From Eukaryota sp. TZLM1-RC (Eukaryota; Protista; Metamonada: BaSk clade): a stretch of DNA of 64,000 bases. The stretch lies in contig JAUPSS010000001.1 in assembly GCA_040285825.1 (NCBI GenBank), positions 3,977,681-4,041,680 on the forward strand, written 5' to 3'. The notes beneath the pieces are model-generated. The model ran no database searches, was not told the origin of the DNA, and saw nothing but the letters and a program-made list of their open reading frames with translations. The translations under genes and the position numbers were made by a program. Below are positions 50,087 to 64,000 of this stretch, piece after piece. Each line of letters begins with the position of its first letter. The first letter of the stretch is position 1.

Positions 50087-53000
50087 AGACCTTGACATTA
50101 GCAAATTCTGACAGAATTCCAATGTCACCGAATATGAAGCTCATATTTGAGGTACATTCATTAGCCAATGCTTCTCCTGCCACAGTTTCTAGAGCTGGAA
50201 TGATCTACATGTCGCATATGTCTTTGGGATGGGAGCCTGTGCTACAAGCGTGGATTAAGGAAAAGGAAAGTGAAGATTTTTGCTTCAGATGTGTTGAGTA
50301 ATTTAAATAATTTATTTGATTTTACATATTAATAATTGTTTTGATTTCATTAAGACAAATTGTCTACCTGTTATGTCTTTATTCCAGCAGCATCAGGTTA
50401 CTCAGTGCTTCAAGCTACTAGAAGCTATGGTTCCCCAACCAAATAGTGATTTTTCTCTCAAATCCCCTCAACATTTAGAAAGAATGTTTGTGTTTGCGCT
50501 TATTTGGTCATTGGGGGCATTATTAGAAACAGAAGATCGTCTCAAGTTTGATCAATTCCTTCGTTCTGAATGTAACCTCGCTCTACCAGTCTGTTCTTCC
50601 CCTCATTCTGTCTATGATTTCTGGATCAATGAGGAAACCGGAGAATGGCAACGATGGAGAGATAGGGTTCCTGAATATCAATATCCAGTAGACCATGCTC
50701 CACCTTTCTCCTCTGTTTTAGTCCCTACAATTGATTCTGTCAGATGCTCTACTCTTATTGGTTTTGCTTGCTGAACAAGGACATCCCGTAATGTTGACAG
50801 GGAGAAGCTGGAACTGCTAAATCAGTTACTCTACAAAGCTATATTGCAGATAAAATTCAAGATGAACAGTGGATGAGCAAAAACAGTTTCCTTTTCATTC
50901 TTTACTAACCCTTTGATTTTCCAACGAACTACTGAAGCACTTGTGGAGAAACGACTAGGTTCTACTTTTGGTCCCAAAGCTGGTAGAAAGATGATTTACT
51001 TCTTGGATGATATTAATATGCCTGAAATTAACACATGGGGAGATCAAGAAACTGCTGAAATTGTACGTCAATTAATAGAAGATAAAGGTTTCTATAACCT
51101 AGAAAGACCTGGCGATTGGATTTCCATTGTTGATCTTTTCTTCTTTGCCGCAATGCAGCATCCAGGTGGTGGTAGAAATGACATTCCAGATAGGTTACGT
51201 CGACACTTTGCCATCTTCAACTGCACTCTTCCCTCCCAAGAAGCTGTGGAGCACGTGTATTCATTGATTATTAAGGGGTATTTCACTACCCAAGCTCCCA
51301 GAAGCTTTCCAGAGTCTCTATCAAACGTTCTCAACAACATTGTTCCAATGACGTATTCTCTTTGGGATTCGGTTAAGCAGAAAATGCTTCCCACACCAGC
51401 AAAGTTCCATTACATGTTTAATATGAGAGATTTATCAAGAATTACTCAAGGTATGTTATACGTGACTTCTGAAACTATCACTGGGCCCTCCAATCTGGTG
51501 TCCTTATGGAAACATGAATGTCACCGTGTCTTGGCTGATCGCTTTGTTAATTATGAAGATTTGGCGTGGTTTTGAATCTGCTATTCAATCGGTACTGGAT
51601 GAGTATCTCCCTCAGTACAATGAAGCTGTTCCGAGTACTTTCTTTGTTGATTTCATGCGTGATCCCCCCAGAACCCGACCCAGATGCTGAGGAAGAGGAA
51701 GATCTGGAAGCTCCAAAGGTCTATGAGTCGGTTACGGAGAGAGAGGTGTTGAAAGAACGATTAGATAGATTTTTCAGAGTTGTTTAATGAAATGTCACGA
51801 ACGGAAAAAAACTTGATTTAGTTTTCTTTTACGATGCCATTGCTCATTTATCACGAATTTCTCGTATTATCCGAGCAGAACGAGGTCATGCTTTACTGGT
51901 TGGTGTAGGTGGAAGTGGTAAGCAATCATTAACTAAACTTGCTTCATTTATTGCTGGTTATACCACCGTCTCAATAACTTTAACTAAAAATTACACAACA
52001 AAAGATTTATTAGAAGATTTACAACGGTTCTTCATGATGGCTGGTTTGGAGGGGAAAAGGAGTAACGTTTTTATTTACTGATAAGGACATTAAAGAAGAA
52101 TCCTTCCTTGAGTATATTAACAACATTCTCACTTCTGGTGAAATTCCTGGTCTGTTCGCTAAGGATGAAGTTGATTCAATAATTTCTGATTTAACACCTA
52201 TTTTCAAAGCAGAACGACCTCGAGCACCTTTATCCAATGATGATGTTTGGAATTTCTTTTTGGAACGAGTACGAAAGAACCTTCATGTAGTTCTTTGTTT
52301 TTCGCCTGTTGGGGACAAGTTTAGAACACGTGCCAGGAAGTTTCCAGGTTTGGTATCTGGATGTACCATTGACTATTTCCAACCATGGCCTGAAGAAGCG
52401 TTGGTTGAGGTTGCCAATAAGTTTGTATCTTCATTTGAAATTGACACACCTCAAGAGGTTCAAGATTCCCTGGTTAAGTTTATGGCTTCTCTCCACACTA
52501 ATGTTGGTGATGTCTGTGAACAATACTTTTCTAGGTTTAGAAGAAGAGTTTACATTACCCCAAAGTCTTATCTATCATTCATGCAAGCTTATAAGGAAGT
52601 GTATTTACGTCAACGGCAAGAAATTGGTGTTTTTGGCTGAACGACTTAACTCTGGCTTAATGAAGCTACAACAAGCTTCTGAAGATGTTGCTAATATGAA
52701 GGTTGAACTGGCTGATAAAAAGGTAAAGTTGGCAGTCGCTGTAGATAAAGCAAAGCAAATTCTTGGTGAAATTACCACTCAAACCACAGCTGCCCAAAAA
52801 GATTACTGCAGAAGTACAAGCTGTCAAGGATGATTTATCTACAAAGGCTGCTGGTATAGATGCTGAGAAAAAAAGCTGCAGAAAAGGATCTTGCTGCTGC
52901 TAAACCTGCTTTGGAGGATGCTCAGAACGCTTTAGATCAGATTAATGCTGGGGATATAGCCACATTGAGAAAGTTGTTAAAACCACCAAACCTCATCTGT

Positions 53001-56000
53001 AGAATCATGGATGGTGTATTGATACTTCGCCAATTACCATTAGACGAATGGAAGTTAGATGCGGATATGCTGGCTGACAAGGGTAAATCATTACCTCAAC
53101 CATCGTGGACCCATTCTCTTTCAATGATGGCTAACACTTCGTTCCTGTCTTCGCTTAAGAATTTCCCTAAAGAGTGCATTACTGATGAGATTTGTGAGCT
53201 GTTAGAGCCTTACTTTGAGATGGAAGATTTTACGAAGGAAGCAGCAGCCTCTGTCTCTGGTAATATTGCTGGTCTTTGTTCATGGATTCGTGCAATGACT
53301 GTGTATCATTCAGTTGCCAAGTTCGTTGCCCCCAAGATTGAAGCTGTTCAACGCGCAGAAAAAGAATTAGAGTCGGCAAAATGCGGAACTACAGATTGCA
53401 GAGAATGAGTTAGCTGAAAAAAACAAAAAGTATTAGACGAAATGCAAGCCAAGTACGATGATGCTGTTGCTCAGAAGAGAGCAGTTCAAGAAGATGCCGA
53501 ACTCACTGAAAGAAGAATGGATTCTGCTAACAAACTGATCTCTGGTCTCTCTGGTGAACGTGAACGCTGGACGATACAATCTGCTGAGTTTAAGAAAGTT
53601 ATTGCTCAATTAGTAGGTGATGTTGCTGTTTCCACTGCTTTCTTGTCTTATGCTGGTCCATTCAATTCTGAATTTAGGGCATTGTTACTTGAAGAATACT
53701 GGTGTAAAGATCTGGTTCGAAGGAATATTCCATTTTCAGATAACCTTTCCGTCACAAAAAATCCTTGCTGACGATGCTACCATTGGTGAATGGAACCTTC
53801 AAGGCCTTCCCACAGATGATTTGTCAACTCAAAATGGTATCATTGTCACTTCTGCTTCACGTTTCCCTCTCCTTATTGATCCACAGGGTCAAGCCAAAGC
53901 ATGGTTGAAAAATCGCGAAGGACCCAATGGGTTGAAAATTTGCAGACTTGGTGATAAATATTTCAGACAAAAACTTAGAAGATTGCCTGCAGTTTGGAGC
54001 ACCTTTACTAATAGAAGATGTGGATGAAGAACTTGATCCCGCATTGGATCCCATTCTAGATAAGCAATGGATTAAGGTGGGTTCAAGGTTCAAGGTTAAG
54101 CTGGGTGATAAGGAAGTCGATCTAGCTGATGGTTTTAGGCTATATATCACGACTAAGCTTGCTAACCCGCTCTTCTCGCCTGAAACTTCCGCCAAAACTT
54201 CTATTGTAGATTTCACTGTTACTTTGAGGGGCCTGGAAGCTCAACTTTTGGGACGAGTTATTGAAACTGAGAAGAGTGAACTTGAACGATCAAGACAGCG
54301 TTTGTTGGAAGAAGTTAATTCTAATAAAAAATTAATGCAACAATTAGAGAAGAATCTAATTGAGAAGCTTGCCTCTGCTGGTGGTAATCTTTTGGATGAC
54401 ATCTCTTTAATAGACATGCTCAACAAAACTAAATCCACCTCTGAAGAAGTATCCCAAGCCTTAAAGAATGCAGTCGTCACTGAACAACGAATCAACGAAG
54501 CTCGAGAAGAATATCGTCCTGTAGCTACCCGTGGATCGGTGCTCTACTTTTTGGTAGCTGAAATGTCACTTGTTTCAAACATGTATCAATGCTCGTTGAA
54601 TCAGTTCCTTCAGCAGTTCGATTTGGGTATAGGAAGATCAGAAGATTCTCAGGTTACTTCGAAAAGAGTTTCTAATATTGTCACTTGTTTGACAGAAGTT
54701 GTTTTCAACTATGTCGCCAGATACCTCTTTGGTGATCATAAACTTTTATTCGTGTTATTATTAGCCCTAAAGGTTGATTTGGAAGCTGGTAACATTTCTT
54801 CCATTGAATTTGGTGCTCTAATTAAGGGAGGAGCAGCTCTAGACATCAAACAAGTTCGTGCCAAGCCCGTCGAATGGCTACCTGACGCTGCTTGGTTGAA
54901 CATTATTTCTAGTTCTCATGCTTCTTCTGCTCTGTCGTCACTTCCCGATTCCTTTGCCAATAGCCCTGAAATTTGGAATACTTGGTTCGAACATGAGTCT
55001 CCGGAAACTCTGACACTTCCAGAACCTTTTGCAAGTGCCAATCTCTCTGTGTTTAACAAACTTCTATTGGTGAGATCACTACGAGAAGATCGAGCTATGT
55101 TAGTGGCTCAGGATTATATCAAGAACGTTTTGGGACCAAGGTTTGTGGAGTCTGCGTCATCTACCATTGAAAGTACGTTTGCTGAATCAACCTGTTCTAC
55201 CCCTTTGATTTACCTGCTCTCACTTGGAGCCGACCCTTCGAGCGACATTGATTCCTTTGCCAAGAAGGAAAAGACTGTTCTTCACCAGGTTTCAATGGGA
55301 CAAGGTCAAGATGAACCTGCGAGGAAGTACATTGCACAAGCAAAGAAGAATGGTGAATGGGTGTTGCTCCAGAATTGTCACTTGTCTCTTGAATTTATGT
55401 CTGAAATTGAAGTTGCCTTCTCCACCCCTGACGACAGTGTTCACTCAGATTTCAGGTTGTGGATAACCACCGAACCACACTTGAAATTCCCCATAGGACT
55501 GCTCCAACTAGCAATTAAAGTTGCTGCTGAAGCTCCTCAAGGAATGAAAGCTGGCCTTAAAAGAACTTATAATTGGGTTAATCAAGACCTACTTGATCAA
55601 GTCGATAAACCTGAATGGAAACCTCTACTATATGCCCTCACATTTTTGCATTCAATTGAACAAGAACGAAGAAGATTTGGAACTTTTGGGTTGGATTGTA
55701 CCTTATGAATTCAACATGTCTGATTTGACAGCTTCGATAACTTTTCACAAAACTTATTGTACCAAACTGATGCTGAAAGGGGTATTTCATGGTCCCACTA
55801 TGCGGTATATGATCTGTGAGGTTCATTATGGCGGTCGTATCACGTGTGATTATGACCGTGTCCTTCAAAATGCACTGGGAAACTTCTATCTTAATGACAA
55901 AGTTTTGAGTCCCGACTATACCTTCCACGAAGGTTACCCACTTCCCTTGCAGAACTCAACTCAATTACCACCATTAGAGATTTTTATCGATTCGCTTCCC

Positions 56001-56974
56001 TGTCAATGATTTACCTACCGTTCTTGGACTTCACTTAAATGCTGACATTACTTTCAGAACCAACCAATGCAATACCATTCTTGACACAATTTTTAGCTGT
56101 TCAGCCAAAGGATTCTGCTGCTGGAGGTGAACTCACAAGAGAAGAAATTGCAGATAAAATGTCGCACGATATGCTTCGGAACCTACCAGATGATTTTTGT
56201 CTCACATGAAGTAGAGGGACAATTGCAACGCTTGGGTAGAATGAAACCTCTAACAATCTTTTTTTGAGACAGGAAGTTGAACGTCTTCAACGGGTTATAT
56301 CCAAGGTTCGTAAAGAACTTGGCGAATTGTTGCTCGCCATTACTGGTACGATTGTAATGTCGCAATCCCTACAGGACATTCTGACTGCTATTACTGATGG
56401 TAAAAGTACCTCCTGAATGGACGAAGATTTCGTGGAACTCACCTACTTTGGGCTTTTGGTTAACTGACTTAGACTCGAGACATCGGCAATTGTTTTTCAT
56501 GGTTGACAGAAGGTCGACCTCTGAGTTTCTGGCTCGGTGGATTCTTTTAATCCTCAAGGGTTTTTGACATCTACAAAGCAAGAAATCGCACGTGCTCATC
56601 AGGGTTGGGCTCTGGATACTTTTACATATTCAGACCACAGTTAAAAAAACTTGGTACCCAGTGACCTCAAGCAAGAACATAAACTTAATCCTGGTGAGGG
56701 GTCTACATTCATGGTTTAACCTTGGAAGGAGCCAGATGGGACCGTGATTTAGGAAAATTAGCTGAACAAAAACTTAAAGAGTTAACATGTCCTTTGCCTG
56801 TTCTGTATGTAACTGCAAGTGATACTCCTCTTGGCGGACAACCTACTTACACTTGTCCTGTTTTTCTTTGGTAGAAATAGGCAAGATCATGTTTTTGATG
56901 TAGAATTGCCCACATCTAAGAATCCTAATCATTGGACTATTAGAGGAACTGCATTGCTCTGCTCTGACTGTTAG
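50087..56974 (+). pseudogene. Duplicate 3' half of the dynein heavy chain, frameshifted
   Basis: Peptides identical to 14131-20985. Confidence 0.85.
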
Positions 56975-57138
56975 ACGTTCATTGCTCTTTGTAGATTTTT
57001 GTATTGTACTTTAATAAAAATTTTTATTTAATTGTTTTTTTATTTAATTGTTTTTAAAATAATATTGTATTTATTTTCTACGTAATTACAAAACAAAACA
57101 AATTAAAACACATAAGCAACAAAACTGTCCACAACTCT

Positions 57139-57828
57139 TTATGAATTCTTATACAGCTTGGACATCATTAAACTCAAGTACTTGGGAACACTTCTATACA
57201 AAGCAAAAATGACACGATTCTTCCATAAATACCCTGCAAAATTCTTACCACTTGAACGACAAAGATTATCAAAATCATTGAGAAAAATTCAAACCAGACT
57301 GACCAATGTTACCAAAAAAATAGGAAGGAAAAAGGAACAAAAGAAAACTTCGAGTAAAAGTTCCTATTTAAATCATTCAATAACTCAGCATATTTGTCTC
57401 GTTTACGAACCTCAGCCTTGTTCAAGTGGCCATTAGAACTAACTAAAAACATCATCACGATAAATTGAAGCAAAGGGATCGACAGTTGTATAATCAACAA
57501 CAGCTTGAGAGGAATCCACAAAAGGAGCAATTAAATCACTATGACGAGAATCAAACAGAATATTATCCCGATAATGCCTCAACAAAGGTTCTACTTTGCA
57601 ACTAAAATTGTAACTCTTGAACATCTCATATGTCAAATCACGAACGGCATTATGAAGAACTGACCTATATTGGAGAAATTTCTTACAACTCACAATATGA
57701 CGGAAATTGGCTGACAGTTTTTCGTTGCAAATACAAGCAGAATTATCCAAAAGTCTATTTGGATACAGCCTTGATCTCAAACGAGTGTTTTGTTTCCAAG
57801 CTTCATTTGTTAATTTAGTTGTTTTCAT
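57139..57828 (-). mobile_element. Duplicate of the RLE retrotransposon fragment 21144-21830
   Basis: Identical apart from indels. Confidence 0.75.
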
Positions 57829-58452
57829 TTAATTGTTTTGGATTAATGTTATTTTCATTTTTGGTTATGTTGAAAACACGGCTCCAGATTTTTTTCTAAT
57901 GACCTGCAGGAATTCCTTGCATTCCTTACTGTATTTGAGTACAAAGTTGCACTTATGAACTACCACAATATTCCATCAACGAACTTGGTCACGCTCAAAA
58001 TCACATTAAAGCTCCCTCTGTTAAACCACCAAAAACAGATGAAATCATTAGCGTTGAAGCCGCTAAAACCACTTTAATGGAGTGGCGTTAAATTTCGAAG
58101 GAAATCAATATATCTTTTGTTTACACTGAAATAGTGGATTAATCCAATTGAAGTCCTACTGATATCTTCATGTATTTTTGGTATTCAACGCAGATTACAT
58201 AGTTCCAAATCTGAAATATTTGAGGAATGGCTTTATTACTCAACTCCAATTCCTAAGAATGAATTTGGTAATTCTTGTAATTCCGTGGTGGTGAGTTAAA
58301 CTATATTTTTAATGAAAATTCGATTTTGTTGAAATGGGGAAACATTTGAATTCCATAAGAAATGCAATCTGTTTTTCTATTGTATCTCAAATTGATACAG
58401 TTGGTAGATGATGTAACTGATATACTGACAATATTTATCTAGAACAGATTAT

Positions 58453-59164
58453 TCACATGTACCAGTGGCAGGTGGGAGCATGTGCTGTGTTACCAATAGC
58501 TCGAATACCCTCCTCACCATTGTAGTTTGCCGAACAACGCCAACAGAATTCATACCTGTGATTACAAAGGACAATAAACATACTGACACACACTACATGT
58601 CATATGATCACATCCATCTATTTTTCAATCCCATGGTTACATGAAGGACACGGCTTGGTGTTTTTGGTTAATGTAGTTTCGATTTGCATTCTCCTCAGAT
58701 TCATACACACTAATTTGGTAGTCTCTACAAGTTTTACCCTCATGCCAGAGAACCCTGTCAATGTAACAAGTCTTGGCAGCACATGCCATACAGTGAATGA
58801 TGGGATTTTTCTTCTCCTGATTCTATTATTGCCCCCATCCACAGCTACTGGCAGCGCACCATCTGAATTCGGGCATAGATTCAACAAGACGTTTAAAAAG
58901 CAGGTTGTCATACCTTTCAAAGTCATTGGCTGATGCAAAGATTTTCAGGGTGTCAAAGGTCATTGTAGCTTTACAAGAGCTGTGTAAAGCAAGGAACATC
59001 ACGAAAACCATTCTTTTGAATCAGCTCTTCTTTCACGTGTTTTCTTATACAATTGTCACAACATGTTCGTTCATGATCGCAGGGCAGGAGACATCTTGAT
59101 AGACCAATCTTCCTCAGATGGTTTTATCATCGATGCATATTGCACATGTTATTGAAGCTGCCAT
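58453..59164 (-). pseudogene. Duplicate of RBR gene 22454-23163, frameshifted
   Basis: Identical apart from indels. Confidence 0.8.
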
Positions 59165-60397
59165 GGTGAAAGTTGATTTTGATGATCAAATTTTTATCAA
59201 ATTATATACCATGTGCAAAAAGTTTCATTATAGAGGCATTTATTGAGCCATTAGTACGTAAGCTGTCTTCAGATCAAACTGATGATTGCTTTGGTAAAAA
59301 GAAGGGCAGATTTAGTAGCTCCAGGGATCGATGGTGTTTTTCAATGTTGTGGATGTTGTCTCAGTTGATGTTTGCAAAAATTCTGCTGCTCGTTTAGTGT
59401 ATTCCGCTGATTGGCCGTTATCTAACGCCGAAAAACAGAAAGATAAAAAATATGAAGAACCTTTGATAAAACACCTTTTTACCTGTTCTCAATGAGCGGA
59501 CAGTTCTTTTGATAAATTAAATATCCACTAATGGACCTCTGAACGCTGATAACGAAGAATTAAATACCTCTTAGTATTTGTAGGTTCTTTTACTTTTTGC
59601 ACTGTATTTGTAGATTCTTTTTACTATCCAATTTTTAGTCGCTCTGAAGGAACTCAATGCTTTAGAAATCACAGATGTTTTTGATTTGGAGCATTGGCGT
59701 TATCTTCAGCATACCTATGCTAATTCAGTGATAATGGTCCTGAGTTCGCCAATGAGAGTTTCAAATTGGTGTGTAATAAATTAGCGATTGAGATGAGTAA
59801 CTCAATACCCAACTATTCATAAAGTAATCGACTTGTGGAACGTACACATACAGACGTTCTTCAATGCTTAAGAAAACTACTAATAGACTTCAAGAGTTAG
59901 CTTACATTTAAAGACATTATTTTCTTTCAAATATACTTACTTCGATGTTGAAATTAAAAACCTTGAGAATTTTTCAAGGCACATTTAGTGACCTCTCATA
60001 AAAGTCATAGATGAACTGTTTTTCTTTGAAAGAATCTTAAGTACATCCTTGTATTCATGGTTCATTTAGACTAATAATTTCTTCTAAAATATACCAAACA
60101 CGTCTTCTGGATGTTGATTTAGGTGACAGTTTTTGAATCAATTGCCATTGTTGCAGCTGCAATAAGACAGATAATACAACTGAAATGTTGACAAATAGTG
60201 TAAATAGAAGACCATGGAAAAGACAAACAGCGACTTTTTACACAGAGCTTACCATATGTCCATTTCACTAAAAGCTTGTGGTATTGATTGTATCAATACA
60301 GATTCAAATGCTTAGATAGTGATGGAAGAACTGAATGATGATAATAAATTATTGAAATCCAATATGAAAAATTCTCATTTGCAGAAGCCACACTTGA

Positions 60398-61511
60398 ATG
60401 GACCCGGTTTCCCAGTTCCTATCCATCTTTCCCGATGCTTCACCAGAAACTGCTAAACAGTTTCTAGACATAACAAATGGTGATATAGAGCAAGCCATCG
60501 TTTTCTACACAGACAGTGCTCCTCCTGAAGCATTTCCAACATCTTCACAGCCTCCCTCTCGTCCCCTCAACCCTCACCGCCATCACGTTCTCCTCAAGCC
60601 CGCTCCCCACAACGCAGAGTGGCCACACTCTCAGATTTCAGTGGTTGTGGCCCTCAATCATGTGAATCCTGTCCCAGTTCATGTAGGATGAGCGTGAGGT
60701 CAGTACTTTGCAGGCCATGGTGAAGGTGGATCAGGCGAATCCTACTCCCTCCCCAGTCTCCACAAAGACAAGGTTGACAACATAATTGCGCAGGCAAAAC
60801 AGGGAGGGCCACCACCTGAACCAACAGAGCCTGCGCCCTCTTTTCTTCCAAGGTGCCGGCTATAGACTTGGTGAAACAAACTTTATGCGCCGGGAAGAGT
60901 TCCAGCAACCTCAGCTACGCTCAATGAAGGTCAATCACCGTCAATGTCACTATTTACTCCAATGGTCTCCTAGTGGATGACGAAACATTCTTCTCCTTTA
61001 ATGATCCTTCTAATGAAGGTATGCTTGATGCGATGATGCGACAGGAGATTCCACCACAGTTGCAGGATTTGATAAAGCAAAAACCGCAGTGGACCTTTTT
61101 AGAGCAAGAGATTTCCGTCCAATTAAGTGACAAGAAATCTGAGGAATACCAACCACCAAAACCAAAGTTTGAAGCGTTCAAGGGTCATGGTATGCGGCTT
61201 GGTGCTACACCATCTAGACCTTCCCCTCAAGTTTCTCAGGCCTCTGTACAGAAAGCTCCCTCTAAACCTGCTGTCCCAGCTCCAAGTAATGGTGACAGGT
61301 GCAGAGTCAAGGTGCGATTGGCTAGAGGAGGGTTGAAGTTTTCGAGGTGAGTAGGAAGGAAAGTTGCTGATTTGTGGAAGTTGGTAGCTTCACAAACTGG
61401 AAGTAGCAGATTTGAGCTCTATCCTCCAGTCCCAGGATCTAAGGCATTAGATAAAAAAACCTTTCTATTAGATCTGCTGGTCTTGTAAATGGTGTAGCTA
61501 TGCAGAAGTAG
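60398..61511 (+). pseudogene. Duplicate of p47/NSFL1C, frameshifted
   Basis: Near-identical; indels plus a few substitutions. Confidence 0.8.
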
Positions 61512-62147
61512 CTAATAAAGTTGTAAGTTTGTGCGGAAATTGTATTTTTAATTCCAAGTATTATTGTAAATATTGTAGTAGCACATATTGATTGACTTTT
61601 CTTGACTTTTCTTGACTTTTTCTTGAATTGAGTTCACAAACTCCAAATTTCTATCATTTTCTGTCCCAAAATCGTGAATTATAAAATAAATAATCTGTTT
61701 TATTTTATATAGATATGTGTCAAAGACTGGGCAGATGCTAAATACTGATGACCGCAAAAAGACTTACATTTTGAGCTTAAAGGAGCTTGATTTTTACTCT
61801 ACTGGACTATAGAGAAAAAGACTGTTGCAAGTATTTCACTTTAGTATCTGGGTATTATTTAAAATGTACGGTTTTTCCTAAAAAAACTGATTCAACTTTT
61901 GCTAACCTTGTTCAATCTGGTAAAATCTGTTTTAAATTCAATTTGATTTATTTATATTTATTATCACCATTAATTTAACAAGCTAGAAGATCAATGTTAA
62001 ACTAAATCTAGCCAATTAGAGTTATTGACTTACCACCATAATGTTTTTCTGAATCTGACATGTTTTCTCAACTCTTGTAGAAATCCAAATACAAAACCAG
62101 CTGCTGGAAAATTGTAGTTAAATACAAAATAAATTAAAAAAATAATA

Positions 62148-63238
62148 TTAAACCAATTCAATAACAGAATCAGGATGCAAAACTTCCAAACATCGCTTCA
62201 GATAAGATCCCTCTTCTACTTTCTTTACAAAGCTCAATCCCTTTTTCCTTCCACTCTCAGCTCTTTCTCCTTCAAATCCAACTCCAACGTCAGAACGTCA
62301 CCCTTACCCCACCCTTTGAGAAAACGGTCCAAAGCTTAAAACCACCTAGGCAGCAGTTGAACTTATACAAAGACGGATCGTGAGCAATTCCGACAGAGCC
62401 GAGTTCCGATACTAGATTTTCTGGCATTATACCAACAATAACACCTGCATTTTGCCCCATTGGGTGTGAAATAACGAACCTTCAAGTGTATTTGTTGCCA
62501 GGGTCCATTCTCAAATTCCCCACGGTGAGTACCACTGCTCATCCCGTCCTTTGTGAGTTTACTTGGCGGTGATCAGGGGACAACACAAGTTCAGATGGAG
62601 TGTAATTGGAATCAAATAAAGAAGACCAGAAGGGGAAGAAATGGGTTTGAAAAGTTCAGTAAAGTTATTAGAAAACCTCGCAGACTCTTCTTCAAGATTG
62701 TCAAATAGAATGCGGTTCATCGGAATAATCTGATCATGAGTGTTTCCAAAAATAGACTCTGCTGAAGACACCGCCTCATTAGGATTGATTGGAGTAGCGG
62801 TGGAGGTTGAAAGGACTGAATTTATTGAGTGATTTGAGAGATTCGAATAACTGTCGTAATCGAACAGGGAGGTTGGCAGCAACTATTGCAACTTGGGTTT
62901 CAAACTTACGAGAACAACTATGCTCGATCGATTCGAATATGGAGTTGATTTTTGAAGATAATGTGTGATAGCGGAACCGTTGAATGTGAGAGAGTGGTTG
63001 AGAAACATTGAGGACGTGCTGTCACGCAATCAATGCAAGGATTGTCCAACATCTGCGAAGGATGGTGAGGACACTCAGGTGGTTTGTGTGGTGGCTGCTG
63101 AAGATTGGGGTGAGTATGATCACTGAGTGTTCGGTAGGAGTGGATAGCAGTGCAGCATTCATCACACAAAACAGGAAGTACACTGTGTACAACTTGTTGT
63201 TGCAGTGCGAGACGAACATTCAAACATTGGTCTTTCAT
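62148..63238 (-). pseudogene. Duplicate of the B-box-SPRY gene, frameshifted
   Basis: Near-identical; indels plus substitutions. Confidence 0.75.
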
Positions 63239-64000
63239 TGAAATTGAGGAAAAGTCCCGATAAATCCAACATCTTCAACTCCAATATCACTTTAAAGGCA
63301 GAACACAACAATTCGATTCTGCCAAAATAACTACTGAAGCTTCTATTGATCCCTTATTCAACAATCTGTTTCCAAAATATCAAAAACGTTAGACAGTAGG
63401 TCAAAGTCCAATATTTTTAGCAGAACTAAAAGGATTCTGTGCTTCCTTTGGTAAAGAGTTGTTAGCATCATTTTCCATGGTTTGTTGATTGGGTTCAATC
63501 TCGGTTGTTCTATGGTGGCGCGATACTGAAAATGATTCAAAAAAGGCAGATATCTTGAATTAAGTTGCGATATTTTTATTTTGCAATAGATATCTGAGTT
63601 CATAACTGCAAACTTGGTTTTGGTTTGTCTAAGTTATGATGTGAGTATATTGTTATTCAAGAGCCACAATTTGTTGAAAGACCCACTGATTCATTCTTGT
63701 TGTTCGAAATGTAATGATAAAAGTTGAGGTCACCAAAGGAATCTTCACTTAGTTTTTCAATTGATTGTTTACTGCATTTGACAAAAGTTGTTAAACGTAT
63801 GGGAGAAATGTGTGAAGAATGGAAGTGACACAATCTCGATTGAACACACATATATTGAATAGAACAACAGGCCGTATTGTGAGGATACCTTTTCTTATAA
63901 CCTTTATTTATTCGTCGATCCTAACTGAGTGTAGTTAAAATAGTGGGAAATTGGTGCAAATGCAGAAATAGAATTGTTACCTCCCATCTATCAATTCACC

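Larger units (their letters stand above)
50087..64000 (+). repeat. Direct duplicate of ~14131-28005, error-rich (probable assembly artefact or unpolished haplotig)
   Basis: Colinear near-identity. Differences are mostly +/-1 nt in homopolymers and increase toward the window end. Confidence 0.95.

Overview
AT-rich, gene-dense nuclear DNA of a flagellated eukaryote using the standard genetic code. It is most likely an anaerobic metamonad; this is an inference from the Giardia-like class II aldolase, the 26-32 nt spliceosomal introns and the axonemal dynein. Bases 1-43,300 carry housekeeping genes: a broken PgsA-like phosphatidyltransferase, TBCEL-like, class II FBA, DAD1, a 13.5 kb intronless DNAH5/8-type dynein, three RBR E3 ligases, p47/Shp1, a B-box-SPRY gene, ALG11, a repeat coiled-coil protein, NSA2, POC1 and TOP3B. 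Many spacers hold transposon relics. The most notable are two decayed Fanzor1 (eukaryotic TnpB, RNA-guided nuclease family) genes from different subfamilies at ~1.3-2.4 kb and ~6.2-6.6 kb; the ORF track shows them only as unlabelled fragments. There are also five RLE-type non-LTR retrotransposon remnants and a Helitron-like 3' end. Bases 43,322-50,086 are a Ty3/gypsy element with a very long Gag and a covarying RNA hairpin. It is cut off inside integrase by a junction to an error-rich duplicate (50,087-64,000) of bases ~14,131-28,005, which is most likely a long-read assembly artefact.
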